Assembly: GCA_964387845.1 (NCBI GenBank)
Contig: CAYLXA010000008.1
Location: forward strand, 1 to 64,000
Direction of reading: 5' to 3'
Source: an uncultured bacterium
GTDB taxonomy: Bacteria > Omnitrophota > Omnitrophia > Omnitrophales > Abzuiibacteriaceae
DNA: 64,000 nt
Program-made: the position numbers and the translations under genes
In this document: piece after piece, positions 27,248 through 36,312 of the stretch
Layout of the letters: each line of letters begins with the position of its first letter
Position numbering within the stretch: position 1 is the stretch's first letter
Notes under the pieces: model-generated
Seen by the model: the letters and a program-made list of their open reading frames with translations, nothing else
Databases searched by the model: none
Told to the model about the DNA's origin: nothing

Positions 27248-29359
27248 ATGAGTTTATTTTCTCTCGAGTCAATTTTCAGCCCGAAAAGCATTGCTGTTAT
27301 CGGAGCCTCACGCCGCGAAGAAGCGGTCGGCCACGCGGTTTTCAAAAATATTCTCACGAGCGGTTACACCGGCATTCTCTATCCCATCAACCCCAGCGCT
27401 CAAAGCATCATGGGCGTCAAATGTTATGCGTCCATTTTAGAAATTCCGGATCCGGTTGATTTGGCGGTTTTGGTAGTTCCCGCGGCAGTCACTATCCGGG
27501 CATTCAAGGAATGTATCAAAAAGAAGATCAAAGGCGCCATTATCATCTCCGCCGGTTTCAAAGAAACAGGCAAAGACGGTATGCTGCTCGAGCAAGAATT
27601 AAAAAGACTTTCATTGAAGCATAAAATTCCCTTTGTCGGCCCCAATTGTCTTGGGCTTCTGAACAGTGATTCTGCCGTAATGCTGAATGCGAGCTTCGCG
27701 CGCACGATGTCAAAGCGCGGCAATATCGCGTTTATTTCGCAAAGCGGCGCGCTCGGCACCGCTGTTTTGGATTATGCGAAAGGTGCGAACATCGGGTTTT
27801 CTAAATTCATCAGCACCGGAAACAAAGCGGTCGTGACGGAACTCGAACTTTTGGAATATCTAAGCCGTGACCCGCAGACAGATGTTATTTTGATTTACTT
27901 GGAAGATTTATCGAACGCGCGCGATGTCATCAACCTTGCAAGAAATATTACCGGTGAACAGGATTTCTTAAAACCGATTCTCGCCATCAAATCAGGCAGG
28001 ACATTGCAAGGCGCGAAGGCAGCATCATCTCATACGGGGTCTCTGGCCGGGTCTGACGAACTCTACACCGCGATTTTTGCACAAGCCGGTATTTTACGTG
28101 TCGATTCTATCGATCAGCTTTTTGATTATGCAAAGGCTTTTGGCGCGGGTGAATTACCGAAAGGCAACCGTGTCGCGATTGTGACAAACGCCGGCGGGCC
28201 CGGAATTATGGCAACGGATGCATGCGTGAAATACGGGCTCGAGATGACACAAGTGTCTGATAAAACAAAATCAGAACTCCGGAAATTTTTGCCTGCCGCC
28301 GCAAGCGTGTCGAACCCGATTGATATTTTAGGAGACGCCAAGCATGACCGTTATGAAGCGGCGCTAAAATTGACGCTCAGAGATAAAAATGTGGACGGTG
28401 TGATCGTGATTTTGACACCGCAGGCAATGACGGATATCGAAGAGATTGCCGTGACAATCGGAAAAATCGCGAAGAAAAGTTCAAAACCAATTCTAGCGTG
28501 TTTCATGGGTATTGTGGACGTATCGGCCGGTGTTGCCATTCTTGAGAAATGGAAAGTGCCGCATTACCGGTTTCCCGAATCCGCCGCGCGGACTTTGGCT
28601 GTGATGTCGCGTTACACGGCCTGGCTAAAGCGGCCGCGCACCAAATATAAAAAGTTCAAAGTAAACCGCAAAAAAGTAAAATCAATTCTCGCAAAAAAGA
28701 AGGGGAAGCTGCCCGATCTTGAAACCTTTGAACTTTTGAAAGCCTACGGTTTTCCGGTTCTACCGACCGCGCTTTGCAAAACTCCATCGGACGTTGTTAA
28801 AACCGCCGATAAAATGGGTTTCCCGGTTGTGATTAAAATTAGTTCTCCCGATATTTTGCACAAAGTCGATGTCGGCGGCGTAAAAGTCAATTTGAATTCT
28901 AAAAACGAAGTTGAAAAAGCGGCGAAAGAGCTTTTATCCGATGTGCGCCGTAAAAAACCAGGCGCCAAAATTCAAGGAATTATGGTTCAGAAAATGGCGA
29001 AGAAGGGACGTGAAGTGATTTTAGGTTTGAAACGTGACCCGCAATTCGGGCCGATTTTGATGTTCGGGCTTGGCGGAACTTATGTGGAAGTCATGAAGGA
29101 TGTCACATTCCGGATTGCACCAATCCGTGAACTCGGCGCACACAATATGATTCGCTCGATAAAGAGCTATAAAATATTAGAAGGTGTTAGGGGTGAAAGG
29201 CCTGCTGATATCAAAAAAATCGCGGATTCAATCCTCCGGCTTTCCCAGCTTGCCGTCGAGTGCCCCGAAATCGAGGAACTTGATATTAATCCGCTCTTTG
29301 CTTACGAACAGGGAAAAGGATGCGCGGTTTTAGACGCTAGGATTTTATTGGCGAAATGA
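27248..29359 (+). CDS. Acetate--CoA ligase (ADP-forming) family protein: CoA-binding plus succinyl-CoA-synthetase-like flavodoxin plus ATP-grasp domains
   Basis: N-terminal SIAVIGASRREEAVGHAVFKNILTSGYTGILYPINP (CoA-binding). C-terminal ATP-grasp region. 703 aa. Confidence 0.8.
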   Translation: MSLFSLESIFSPKSIAVIGASRREEAVGHAVFKNILTSGYTGILYPINPSAQSIMGVKCYASILEIPDPVDLAVLVVPAAVTIRAFKECIKKKIKGAIIISAGFKETGKDGMLLEQELKRLSLKHKIPFVGPNCLGLLNSDSAVMLNASFARTMSKRGNIAFISQSGALGTAVLDYAKGANIGFSKFISTGNKAVVTELELLEYLSRDPQTDVILIYLEDLSNARDVINLARNITGEQDFLKPILAIKSGRTLQGAKAASSHTGSLAGSDELYTAIFAQAGILRVDSIDQLFDYAKAFGAGELPKGNRVAIVTNAGGPGIMATDACVKYGLEMTQVSDKTKSELRKFLPAAASVSNPIDILGDAKHDRYEAALKLTLRDKNVDGVIVILTPQAMTDIEEIAVTIGKIAKKSSKPILACFMGIVDVSAGVAILEKWKVPHYRFPESAARTLAVMSRYTAWLKRPRTKYKKFKVNRKKVKSILAKKKGKLPDLETFELLKAYGFPVLPTALCKTPSDVVKTADKMGFPVVIKISSPDILHKVDVGGVKVNLNSKNEVEKAAKELLSDVRRKKPGAKIQGIMVQKMAKKGREVILGLKRDPQFGPILMFGLGGTYVEVMKDVTFRIAPIRELGAHNMIRSIKSYKILEGVRGERPADIKKIADSILRLSQLAVECPEIEELDINPLFAYEQGKGCAVLDARILLAK

Positions 29360-29369
29360 CGCGATAGGC

Positions 29370-29428
29370 GTCATCCTGAACGAAGTGAAGGATCTAAGAC
29401 CTAGATTCTTCGCTCCGCTCAGAATGAC
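29370..29428. repeat. MITE-like hairpin repeat, empty copy A (arms GTCATCCTGAACGAAGTGAAGGATCT / AGATTCTTCGCTCCGCTCAGAATGAC)
   Basis: Imperfect 26-bp inverted repeat with a 7-nt loop, between convergent genes. The same arms recur at 49640-49718 and flank the GIY-YIG gene at 54509-54867. Confidence 0.6.
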
Positions 29429-29438
29429 GGAAAAGTAG

Positions 29439-29660
29439 TTATTTACATTCTTTCTTCGTACACGGGCACATTCCAAAAATTCCTAAAATCACCAGCGCGC
29501 CCGAAACTCCGACCACCGTATAAACAATCTTCGCCAGTGTTGTCATGTTGCCGAAGATGTTCGAAACCAGATCTGTATTAAAATACACCACGAAAATCCA
29601 ATTTAAAGCGCCGATACCCGCGAGGATAGCGACAGCTTTACAAACCGGACATTTTTTCAT
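29439..29660 (-). CDS. DUF378-family small membrane protein
   Basis: AILAGIGALNWIFVVYFNTDLVSNIFG matches the DUF378 hallmark (LNWGL...FNFDLV). 73 aa, two TM helices. Confidence 0.6.
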   Translation of the reverse strand: MKKCPVCKAVAILAGIGALNWIFVVYFNTDLVSNIFGNMTTLAKIVYTVVGVSGALVILGIFGMCPCTKKECK

Positions 29661-29816
29661 GTGTGTTCTCCCTTCGTTCAGAATTTACTGCCCTACATGC
29701 CAGATATCGTCGTTTCCTGTCAAAAAATAAGTTTTTATTAATGGTTTTAGGTGTTCCGGCCGTTGTTTTTAGGGTAACTCCGGGCTTATAATCAAAATTA
29801 CATTTGTGAGGGTTTT

Positions 29817-30023
29817 ATGCGCGAATTTTTGGTCGGATTATTGGTTTTAGCTTTGATCGTGATTTTATCCGGGCTCGGTGTTTTATTAATCCCGTTTTTG
29901 CTTTTGCTCGGATTTTTCCTTCGGTGGGTGATCGGGCTTGCGCTCATTTTATTTTCGATTTGGCTGGTCGGAAAATTAACGTTGATGCTGATTGCATTCT
30001 TGAAAAATAAGCGGAGTTTTTAA
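29817..30023 (+). CDS. Hypothetical small membrane protein
   Basis: 68 aa, very hydrophobic. Weak GAGGG SD. Confidence 0.35.
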   Translation: MREFLVGLLVLALIVILSGLGVLLIPFLLLLGFFLRWVIGLALILFSIWLVGKLTLMLIAFLKNKRSF

Positions 30024-30094
30024 TTTCAAAAAAATTCTTTTTTGCCGATATTTCAATCAAACTGGATTATCCATCAAAATAGGAGTTTCCGGTC

Positions 30095-30349
30095 ATGAAA
30101 ATCAAAACCGCATTACTGGTCGGCTTGCTGATTTTGAATGGCTCTGCTTACGCGATGGTGGCAAACCATTTTTCGATTCCAAAGCTTGAGATATCCCGCG
30201 ATTTTCATGAGATAGCGCCGCTTCCGAAAGCCTCGGTTCCATCAATGGCGCTTGAGAAAGTTTCCGGGCGCAATCTTGAAATGAATTCAAGATTAAATGA
30301 CCTGATTTCGGAATACGAAACCAGCCGGCGCCTGAGCTCCAGTTCGTAA
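30095..30349 (+). CDS. Hypothetical small secreted protein
   Basis: AGGAG SD. Signal peptide MKIKTALLVGLLILNGSAYA. Confidence 0.45.
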   Translation: MKIKTALLVGLLILNGSAYAMVANHFSIPKLEISRDFHEIAPLPKASVPSMALEKVSGRNLEMNSRLNDLISEYETSRRLSSSS

Positions 30350-30364
30350 TATTCTTCCGGCTTC

Positions 30365-31969
30365 ATGGAATTTACCCGCAACGCCAAACGGCTTTTCCTA
30401 GCGTTTTTCCTCATCGCCATTTCCGTTCTTGCGATTTATTCACAAACACTTCGTTTTGACTTTATCCATTTCGACGATACCGATTACGTTTTTCAAAATC
30501 CGCACATTCGAAACGGCCTGACGGCTGAAGGGCTCAAGTGGAGCTTTTCGGCAGATCTTTTGTTTGATTCCGAGAATGCCGATTATTGGCAGCCCGTCAC
30601 GTTCATTTCGCGCATGATTGATATCTCGCTTTTTGGTCTTCAACCGGGCGGTCATCACATGATGAACGCCGCGTTTCATATTGCCAATGCATGCCTCGTT
30701 TTCTATTTGTTCTATTGGATGAGCGGCGGATTTTGGCGGAGTTTGCTGCTTGCGCTTTTCTTTGTGCTTCATCCGGTGCAGGCCGAAACGGTTTCATGGA
30801 TTACGGCGCGCAAAGACCTGCTCAGCACGTTCTTCGGACTTCTGGCCATCGGCGCTTATTTGGAATATGCGCAAACGCGGAAATCATTTATCCCGGTTTA
30901 TGTATTTTTTATTTTGGGCCTTTTATCAAAGCCGGTTTTAGCCGTGCTGCCGTTCATTTTGATTTTGATTGATCGGCGTTTTTTGAATCGCAGGAGCATG
31001 GCCGATAAGCTGCCTTTGATTGCGATCGGCGCTGCATCCGCTTTGATGCCGATTTTGGGGCCCGTGAAAGCAGTCAGTTATGCGCCGTTCTCAACGGTGA
31101 TTTATAACGCTGTCATCAATTATGGCTGGTGTTTGAAGCGGTTTTTTTATCCTCTCGGTTTAGGCCTCTTGAGCCCCCCAACTGAAATGATGGTTGTAAC
31201 GGCGAAAGCTTTCCCAATATTTTTGACGATTGCGGCGGTAACGCTGATAACGTACCGGCTCAGAAACCGCTTTCCTTATTTATTAACCGGCTGGCTGTGG
31301 TTTTTGATTTTTCTTTTGCCGTCTTCTGTGATCAGTACGCCGGCCGACCGGTTTTTGTATTTGCCGCTGATCGGCCTTATTTTCATGGTGATTTGGGCCG
31401 CTGCGGATATGACAGGCAGGTTCACAGCCGCTAAAATTCCGGTTATCACTGCCGGCATCGCGCTTTTATTGATTCTCGGCGGATTATCATTTAAGCAGGC
31501 GGGTTATTGGAAGGACAGCGAAAGCATTTTCCGGCATTCAATCAAGAATGCGGAAAATAATTTAATGATGGTGAATAATTTGGGAAACGTGCTTTACCGA
31601 AAAGGAGATTTTAGCGGCGCTGTCCGGCAGTATGAAATTGCGATGAAAATCAATCCGGAAAGCCCGAAGCCTTATTTTAATCTCGCCAACATTTTCTATG
31701 AGCAGGGAAAAATCGGTGACGCAGTTTCTTATTATCAAAAAGCAATTCAACTGGACCCGGATTATGCAAAGGCCCACTATAATTTGGCTAATGTGTATTC
31801 ACAAACCGGCAAAAAGGATCTGGCGATACGCCATTTTAAAGAAGCAATCCGGAGCAATCCCGATTTTGCCGAAGCACATCAAAATTTAGCGGCTGATCTT
31901 ACGGATATTGGCAAAGTTGAAGAAGCTCGCGAACACTTGAAAGCTTGGTCGGAGAGCCGGCCGAAATGA
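30365..31969 (+). CDS. TMTC-like membrane protein paralogue (DUF1736-type polytopic N-domain plus C-terminal TPRs)
   Basis: FDFIHFDDTDYVFQNPHIRNG...ADYWQPVTFISRMIDISLFGL is near-identical in its motifs to 2521..4497. C-terminal TPRs (KPYFNLANIFYEQG, AKAHYNLANVYSQTG, AEAHQNLAADL). Confidence 0.6.
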   Translation: MEFTRNAKRLFLAFFLIAISVLAIYSQTLRFDFIHFDDTDYVFQNPHIRNGLTAEGLKWSFSADLLFDSENADYWQPVTFISRMIDISLFGLQPGGHHMMNAAFHIANACLVFYLFYWMSGGFWRSLLLALFFVLHPVQAETVSWITARKDLLSTFFGLLAIGAYLEYAQTRKSFIPVYVFFILGLLSKPVLAVLPFILILIDRRFLNRRSMADKLPLIAIGAASALMPILGPVKAVSYAPFSTVIYNAVINYGWCLKRFFYPLGLGLLSPPTEMMVVTAKAFPIFLTIAAVTLITYRLRNRFPYLLTGWLWFLIFLLPSSVISTPADRFLYLPLIGLIFMVIWAAADMTGRFTAAKIPVITAGIALLLILGGLSFKQAGYWKDSESIFRHSIKNAENNLMMVNNLGNVLYRKGDFSGAVRQYEIAMKINPESPKPYFNLANIFYEQGKIGDAVSYYQKAIQLDPDYAKAHYNLANVYSQTGKKDLAIRHFKEAIRSNPDFAEAHQNLAADLTDIGKVEEAREHLKAWSESRPK

Positions 31970-33213
31970 ACGGAACGGTTTGGGATGTTGCGGTGATCGG
32001 CGCGGGCGCCGCGGGTTTGATGGCGGCGATTACCGCTCAGCGCGAGGGATTGAAAGTTCTGCTGCTGGACGGGAAAGAAAAAATCGGCGCCAAAATTTTA
32101 ATGTCGGGCGGCACGCGCTGTAACGTGACAAACGACCGGGTCAGCGAAAATGATTACGAGAGCGAAAACCTGCGCTTTGTGAAGCATGTTTTGAGTGCAT
32201 TTACATCCGAAAAAGCCATCCGGTTTTTTGATGATCTCAATGTCAAATTGGTTTTGGAACTCGGCGGAAAATATTTCCCGGAAACCCACTCCGCGAAAAC
32301 CGTTTTAGACGCATTATTAAAGGAAGCAAAACGCCTCGGCATTGAGCTCAAAGCCGGCCAGAAAATTACCGCCGCAAAATTTAATTCCGGCTATTTCACA
32401 ATTTCAGGGCCTAAATTTTCTTATCAAGCTAAAAACATTGTTTTATGCACCGGCGGGCTTTCGTATCCTTCAAGCGGAAGCGACGGCACGGGTTATGAAA
32501 TCGCAAAATCGTTCGGGCACACGCTCATTGAAACCACGCCGGCATTAACGCCGCTTTTAACCGATGACCGGAATTGGAAAAGCCTGTCGGGTATAACGCT
32601 CAACGCAGAACTTACGCTTTGGCTGAACGCAAAGAAACATAAAACCTTCCGGGATTCCTTTTTATTTACGCATTTTGGTTTCAGCGGTCCGTCGGCATTG
32701 AATATCAGCCGCTATTGGGTTCGGAATCAAAAATCAGCCAAGCTGACCGCTAATTTTCTGCCGGAAATCAAAGAGGATGATTTCGAAAACAAACTTATGG
32801 AAGCGGCAAAATCAAATCCCGCAAAGCTGTTCAGGAATTTTCTTTCTGAAAATTTTCCAGACCGCTTCGCGGATGTCATCATAAAAAAGGCCGGTATTCC
32901 AGAATCAGTCAAATTGAATCAATTAACCAGGGAAAACCGGGCATCGCTGATCAAAACCATATTTTCATCGCATCTTTCCATAACCGGGGTTTATGGGTAT
33001 CAAAAGGCAGAAGTAACGGCAGGCGGCATCAATCTCGATGAAGTAGATTCAAAAACGCTGGAGTCAAAACTTCAAAAAGGGCTTTTCTTCGCCGGCGAGA
33101 TTTTAGATGTGGATGGCCGGATCGGCGGATTTAATTTTCAGTGGGCGTGGTCGAGCGGAACCGTCGCGGCGCGCGCTATTTCTGCGACCACTGTCCGTTC
33201 GGAAGCTGAATGA
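31966..33213 (+). CDS. HI0933/BaiN-family FAD-dependent oxidoreductase
   Basis: N-terminal VAVIGAGAAGLMAAITA Rossmann motif. KILMSGGTRCNVTN is typical of HI0933-like flavoproteins. ATGA overlap with the upstream stop. Confidence 0.8.
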   Translation: MNGTVWDVAVIGAGAAGLMAAITAQREGLKVLLLDGKEKIGAKILMSGGTRCNVTNDRVSENDYESENLRFVKHVLSAFTSEKAIRFFDDLNVKLVLELGGKYFPETHSAKTVLDALLKEAKRLGIELKAGQKITAAKFNSGYFTISGPKFSYQAKNIVLCTGGLSYPSSGSDGTGYEIAKSFGHTLIETTPALTPLLTDDRNWKSLSGITLNAELTLWLNAKKHKTFRDSFLFTHFGFSGPSALNISRYWVRNQKSAKLTANFLPEIKEDDFENKLMEAAKSNPAKLFRNFLSENFPDRFADVIIKKAGIPESVKLNQLTRENRASLIKTIFSSHLSITGVYGYQKAEVTAGGINLDEVDSKTLESKLQKGLFFAGEILDVDGRIGGFNFQWAWSSGTVAARAISATTVRSEAE

Positions 33214-33577
33214 GATCACCGGAGCGGGCATTCTCGCGCTGCACTTCCGCAAAAACAGTTTGAACTTTTGCCAGGCCGCCTGAGCCAAGCTGATTCTGGC
33301 TGACGATGGCGTTGTAAATCACCATGCGGTCGGCGTTTTCTTCCTGCGCAATTCCCGAACCAACCGGAGAAGGTTTCCGGATTTCAACCAGCCCGCCGTT
33401 ATTTTCGCCGATGATGCCTTGTGCTTTCAAGCTCTGGAGTTCCCCAAACCGCGCTTTTCGTGCATCGAGTGCATTCCGGACTTCCGGCGTCATTTCTTTG
33501 ATGTCATAATTTTCTGCCGATGCCGAAGATGCCAGCATGAGAAGACCAATGATTGAAAGCGCAATTATTTTTTTCAT
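33176..33577 (-). CDS. YdbL-like (DUF1318) periplasmic protein
   Basis: Signal peptide, 133 aa. It lies downstream of a YnbE-like lipoprotein and a YdbH-like gene, in the same order as the E. coli ydbH-ynbE-ydbL operon. Confidence 0.5.
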   Translation of the reverse strand: MKKIIALSIIGLLMLASSASAENYDIKEMTPEVRNALDARKARFGELQSLKAQGIIGENNGGLVEIRKPSPVGSGIAQEENADRMVIYNAIVSQNQLGSGGLAKVQTVFAEVQRENARSGDLIQLPNGQWSQK

Positions 33578-33582
33578 GATTG

Positions 33583-33753
33583 TTACCTCCCGGCGACCAT
33601 ATCTTCGATGTTGGTAGCTGTATTTTTAAGTCCGCGGATATCGACTGTGATGTTGGCGTTAATGGTAATAGGACGGTTCGGATCGCCGACGGTTTTGACC
33701 GTGCAGCCCGTTATCAAAATCAGCACTGCAGAAATCAGAAAATATTTTTTCAT
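33583..33753 (-). CDS. YnbE-like small lipoprotein (56 aa; below the ORF-track size cutoff)
   Basis: The reverse complement gives MKKYFLISAVLILITGCTVKTVGDPNRPITINANITVDIRGLKNTATNIEDMVAGR. It has a lipobox ITGC. ATGA overlap with the upstream gene's stop. Confidence 0.55.
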   Translation of the reverse strand: MKKYFLISAVLILITGCTVKTVGDPNRPITINANITVDIRGLKNTATNIEDMVAGR

Positions 33754-34601
33754 GAGGCTTTAACGATTCCCATTAGTTGAGCCAAGTCGGTAAACGAATT
33801 TTGCTCATCCAGACGAATCAGCATATTGATATTAAGGTTTAGATTATAATCCGGAACCAGCATTTTTAAAATCACCTTTAATTGATTCGACCGAATCGTA
33901 TTTAAATGAAGTTCCGCAGTTTTATACCGCACAAGCCCGTTTAAAGATGCCAGCTGAAAAGCAGCTTCCTTGGAAGCCTGTGTCGGCAAGTAAGGCCTGA
34001 GGAGCCCAAAGAATTTGCCCTGCAAAAACCCGCCGGGATCCTTGACTGCGAGAACTACTTCTAAATTAGTGCTGCCTTTGTAATCCGTTCCGGCCTGTAC
34101 GATGCCGCTCAGTTTTCCGGTTGATCCCTTCAAATTGTCGGCATTGAGCCAAACAAGTTCCTCGAGACCGATGTCAATCACATTCAGATGAATTGTTAAT
34201 AGCCACTTCGGAAATTCGCGAATTTTCGCCTGTCCGTCAATTCCGATATGGCTCGAGCCGTCGAAATGAGCACCGCGGAATTCAAAATCTAAACCGTTTG
34301 GTTTTAAAACATGGTAAACGGGATTTTTTGAATCTATATTTCGAATCGTAATCGGAATCGGCCCGCTATCAGATGATAGGATAAATTTTAAATTCTCAAT
34401 TTTAAGTTTTAAGTTTCGATCTAAAAATGCTTTCTCGATTTTTGTTTCGCCGGCTGAAAATTCCCTTGCTGAATAATCAATCATAGATTCGAGGGCTTTC
34501 CTCAGTAATTCCTGATGAAATCCCAGGGCAAAGCAGGCTACGAACCCTGCTAATAGGGAAATGAAAAATATTTTTGATACTATGTGACGCTTCATATACA
34601 A
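33750..34601 (-). CDS. YdbH-domain (DctA-YdbH/AsmA-like C-terminal domain) protein, short form
   Basis: 283 aa with a single N-terminal TM. Operon context with ynbE/ydbL-like genes. The domain call is inferred from synteny rather than a clear motif. Confidence 0.4.
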   Translation of the reverse strand: MYMKRHIVSKIFFISLLAGFVACFALGFHQELLRKALESMIDYSAREFSAGETKIEKAFLDRNLKLKIENLKFILSSDSGPIPITIRNIDSKNPVYHVLKPNGLDFEFRGAHFDGSSHIGIDGQAKIREFPKWLLTIHLNVIDIGLEELVWLNADNLKGSTGKLSGIVQAGTDYKGSTNLEVVLAVKDPGGFLQGKFFGLLRPYLPTQASKEAAFQLASLNGLVRYKTAELHLNTIRSNQLKVILKMLVPDYNLNLNINMLIRLDEQNSFTDLAQLMGIVKAS

Positions 34602-34691
34602 TCTCAGAAGTCAGAAATCAGATGCCAGATGTCAACGTAACTAACTCGATTATAATTCTGTCTTCTGTTATCTGTCCTCTGTTTTCTTAGT

Positions 34692-34931
34692 TTGGAGGTA
34701 ACTATGTTCGACCAAATCAAAGTGATGATGAAGATGATGCAGGACCCGGACTTTCGGGCATTTATTTCACATCCGAAAGTTCAGGAAGTTTTTAAGGATC
34801 CGGCGTTTCAGGATGTGATTAAATCAAAGGATCCTGCGAAGGTGATGGCACATCCAAAGATGCAGATTTTGATGTCAAACCCCGAAGTTGCAACTCTTAT
34901 TCGCAAGGTAGATTTCACAAAATTTACGTGA
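34692..34931 (+). CDS. Hypothetical small protein with internal DP-x-F-rich repeats
   Basis: 79 aa. Repeats HPKVQEVFKDPAFQDVI / HPKMQILMSNPEVATLI. Confidence 0.4.
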   Translation: MEVTMFDQIKVMMKMMQDPDFRAFISHPKVQEVFKDPAFQDVIKSKDPAKVMAHPKMQILMSNPEVATLIRKVDFTKFT

Positions 34932-35002
34932 TTTTTGGCTTAGAAATTACAGGTAAAAAACAGTAACTAATTTAAATAGTTATAAAAAACTTATAAAAGT
35001 AC

Positions 35003-35031
35003 TTGACAAGTACCTGTCATAGTGTTAAATT
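35003..35031 (+). promoter_or_regulatory. Candidate sigma70 promoter (TTGACA-17-TAAATT with an upstream TG) followed by the 7-bp inverted repeat ATATATG-N9-CATATAT
   Basis: TTGACA at 35003-35008. 17-nt spacer. TAAATT at 35026-35031. The palindrome at 35040-35062 sits at about +2 to +25. Confidence 0.35.
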
Positions 35032-35518
35032 AACCGTAGATATATGAAATTAATCCATATATCCGGTATTTCGGCAGATAGATAAATTAAACAGTGACTT
35101 GCAGTGCCGAAATCAGTACAATGCAGGTCGCAATTCAAATGGCACTTGATGAGCCGCTCGAATTGCCGGCAGAATTAAGCGACTCTCTGGGCTGGATAGA
35201 GAGGGATTTAACATGAAAACCAATAGCTTAAAGTTCTGCTACTCCCGCTTAGACCCGACTCAAAAATCTTCTCTTTCCGCCGTCTTTTCCGATTTGTTCT
35301 CAGGCATCCAAAAATTCAACACCGTTTATAAACGCCAGGGCGAAGGTGTGATTTCAATCGAAGCGCTCAGGACACCGCGCCACCCGCGCGGTGCCAGACA
35401 AACGAGCGGCCACCCGCCGCTTAACCAACTGGCACCGAGCCGTATCGGTCGAATCCGCGCAGCTAGTCTGCAGCGTCCTCTCTGGCCTTCTGGAGCCTGT
35501 CTGCCGGCGGGTGACGGA

Positions 35519-35557
35519 AGCCGGGGAGTTCGTCCCGGCGTTTACCTTTTTTGATTT
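35519..35557 (+). terminator. Candidate intrinsic terminator (GCCGGG-gagttcgt-CCCGGC followed by TTTACCTTTTTTGATTT)
   Basis: GC stem plus T-tract at the end of the GC-rich transcribed region, immediately before the conserved leader. Confidence 0.4.
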
Positions 35558-35560
35558 AAC

Positions 35561-35653
35561 ATCCGGCAGCGAACAACGAACACTTGCGCAAATGCGCGAG
35601 TGCCATCTCGCGGGGCTTAAGGATAGCCCCGTCTCGATAGGAGGAGAATCAAA
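35561..35653 (+). promoter_or_regulatory. Conserved structured 5' leader, copy 1, upstream of the secreted-protein gene
   Basis: It shares ATCCGGCrG..ACGAACACT..GCGAGTGCCATCTC..hairpin..TCTCGATAGGAGGAG with the leader at 36219-36312. Both variable hairpins change by compensatory substitutions. Confidence 0.45.
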
Positions 35654-36172
35654 ATGAGAATGATAAACCTCATATTATTGGTACTAGGGATATTGACGAT
35701 TTCCGGACCAGCATTTGCTCAAAAGCCATTAGCTGATTATGGCAACGTACCTCAAAATGCGGTGAGTGGAGTTGCGGACGCAGAACCGCCTTTTATTTTG
35801 GAGCTCGACGCGGGAGGCAATCAGTTTCGGGGAGGCAGGCAAATCGTGGTTAACCTTGATTTCACGAATACGTCTTCCTCAGCTAGGGTAGACAACATTG
35901 AGTTTGCTTTCGGTATCACGCCTGCCAGCGAACCTGCGAATCCTGTTTTTCAGGATTACGGCATTGTTGATAGTGCCTTTTCACGCGGCGGAAAATATAC
36001 GATCTATACCGCAAAAGTCGTACTGACAACCGGCGATTACGATGTTTGGAGTATAGTCACTTCGACCGATCAATTTGGCAATTATTCGAACGGCTGGACA
36101 AAAAAACGAATTGTGGTAACTGGCGGTCCGATACCTGTTCAATCGACGGATGTTGCGGTAGGTAAGTCATAA
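35654..36172 (+). CDS. Small secreted protein (172 aa), function unknown
   Basis: GGAGGA SD. Signal peptide MRMINLILLVLGILTISGPAFAQ. First gene of the tandem secreted-protein array. Confidence 0.6.
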   Translation: MRMINLILLVLGILTISGPAFAQKPLADYGNVPQNAVSGVADAEPPFILELDAGGNQFRGGRQIVVNLDFTNTSSSARVDNIEFAFGITPASEPANPVFQDYGIVDSAFSRGGKYTIYTAKVVLTTGDYDVWSIVTSTDQFGNYSNGWTKKRIVVTGGPIPVQSTDVAVGKS

Positions 36173-36218
36173 AAATAAAGTTTAAACCAACAATCGGGAC
36201 TGTCCCGGATTCAAAACA

Positions 36219-36312
36219 ATCCGGCGGAGAAAGACGAACACTCACACATGATGTGCGAGTGCCATCTCTCGAGACTCAAAGAAGTCTCGTATCGATAGAG
36301 GAGGAATAAAAA
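36219..36312 (+). promoter_or_regulatory. Conserved structured 5' leader, copy 2
   Basis: See copy 1. Its hairpins CACATgATGTG and CGAGACtcaaagaaGTCTCG replace GCGCAaaTGCGC and CGGGGcttaaggataGCCCCG. Confidence 0.45.

Noticed and set aside
29366-29432. Possibility that the GTCATCCTGA... repeats are a CRISPR array
   Set aside because: Copies are 20 kb and 5 kb apart and are palindromic with tiny loops, with no regular repeat-spacer periodicity. No cas genes are present.
35391-35657. 88-aa ORF overlapping the GC-rich region and the conserved leader
   Set aside because: It lies in the GC-rich, hairpin-rich segment, overlaps the other-frame ORF, has no RBS, and its 3' end is the conserved leader. 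It is more likely non-coding.
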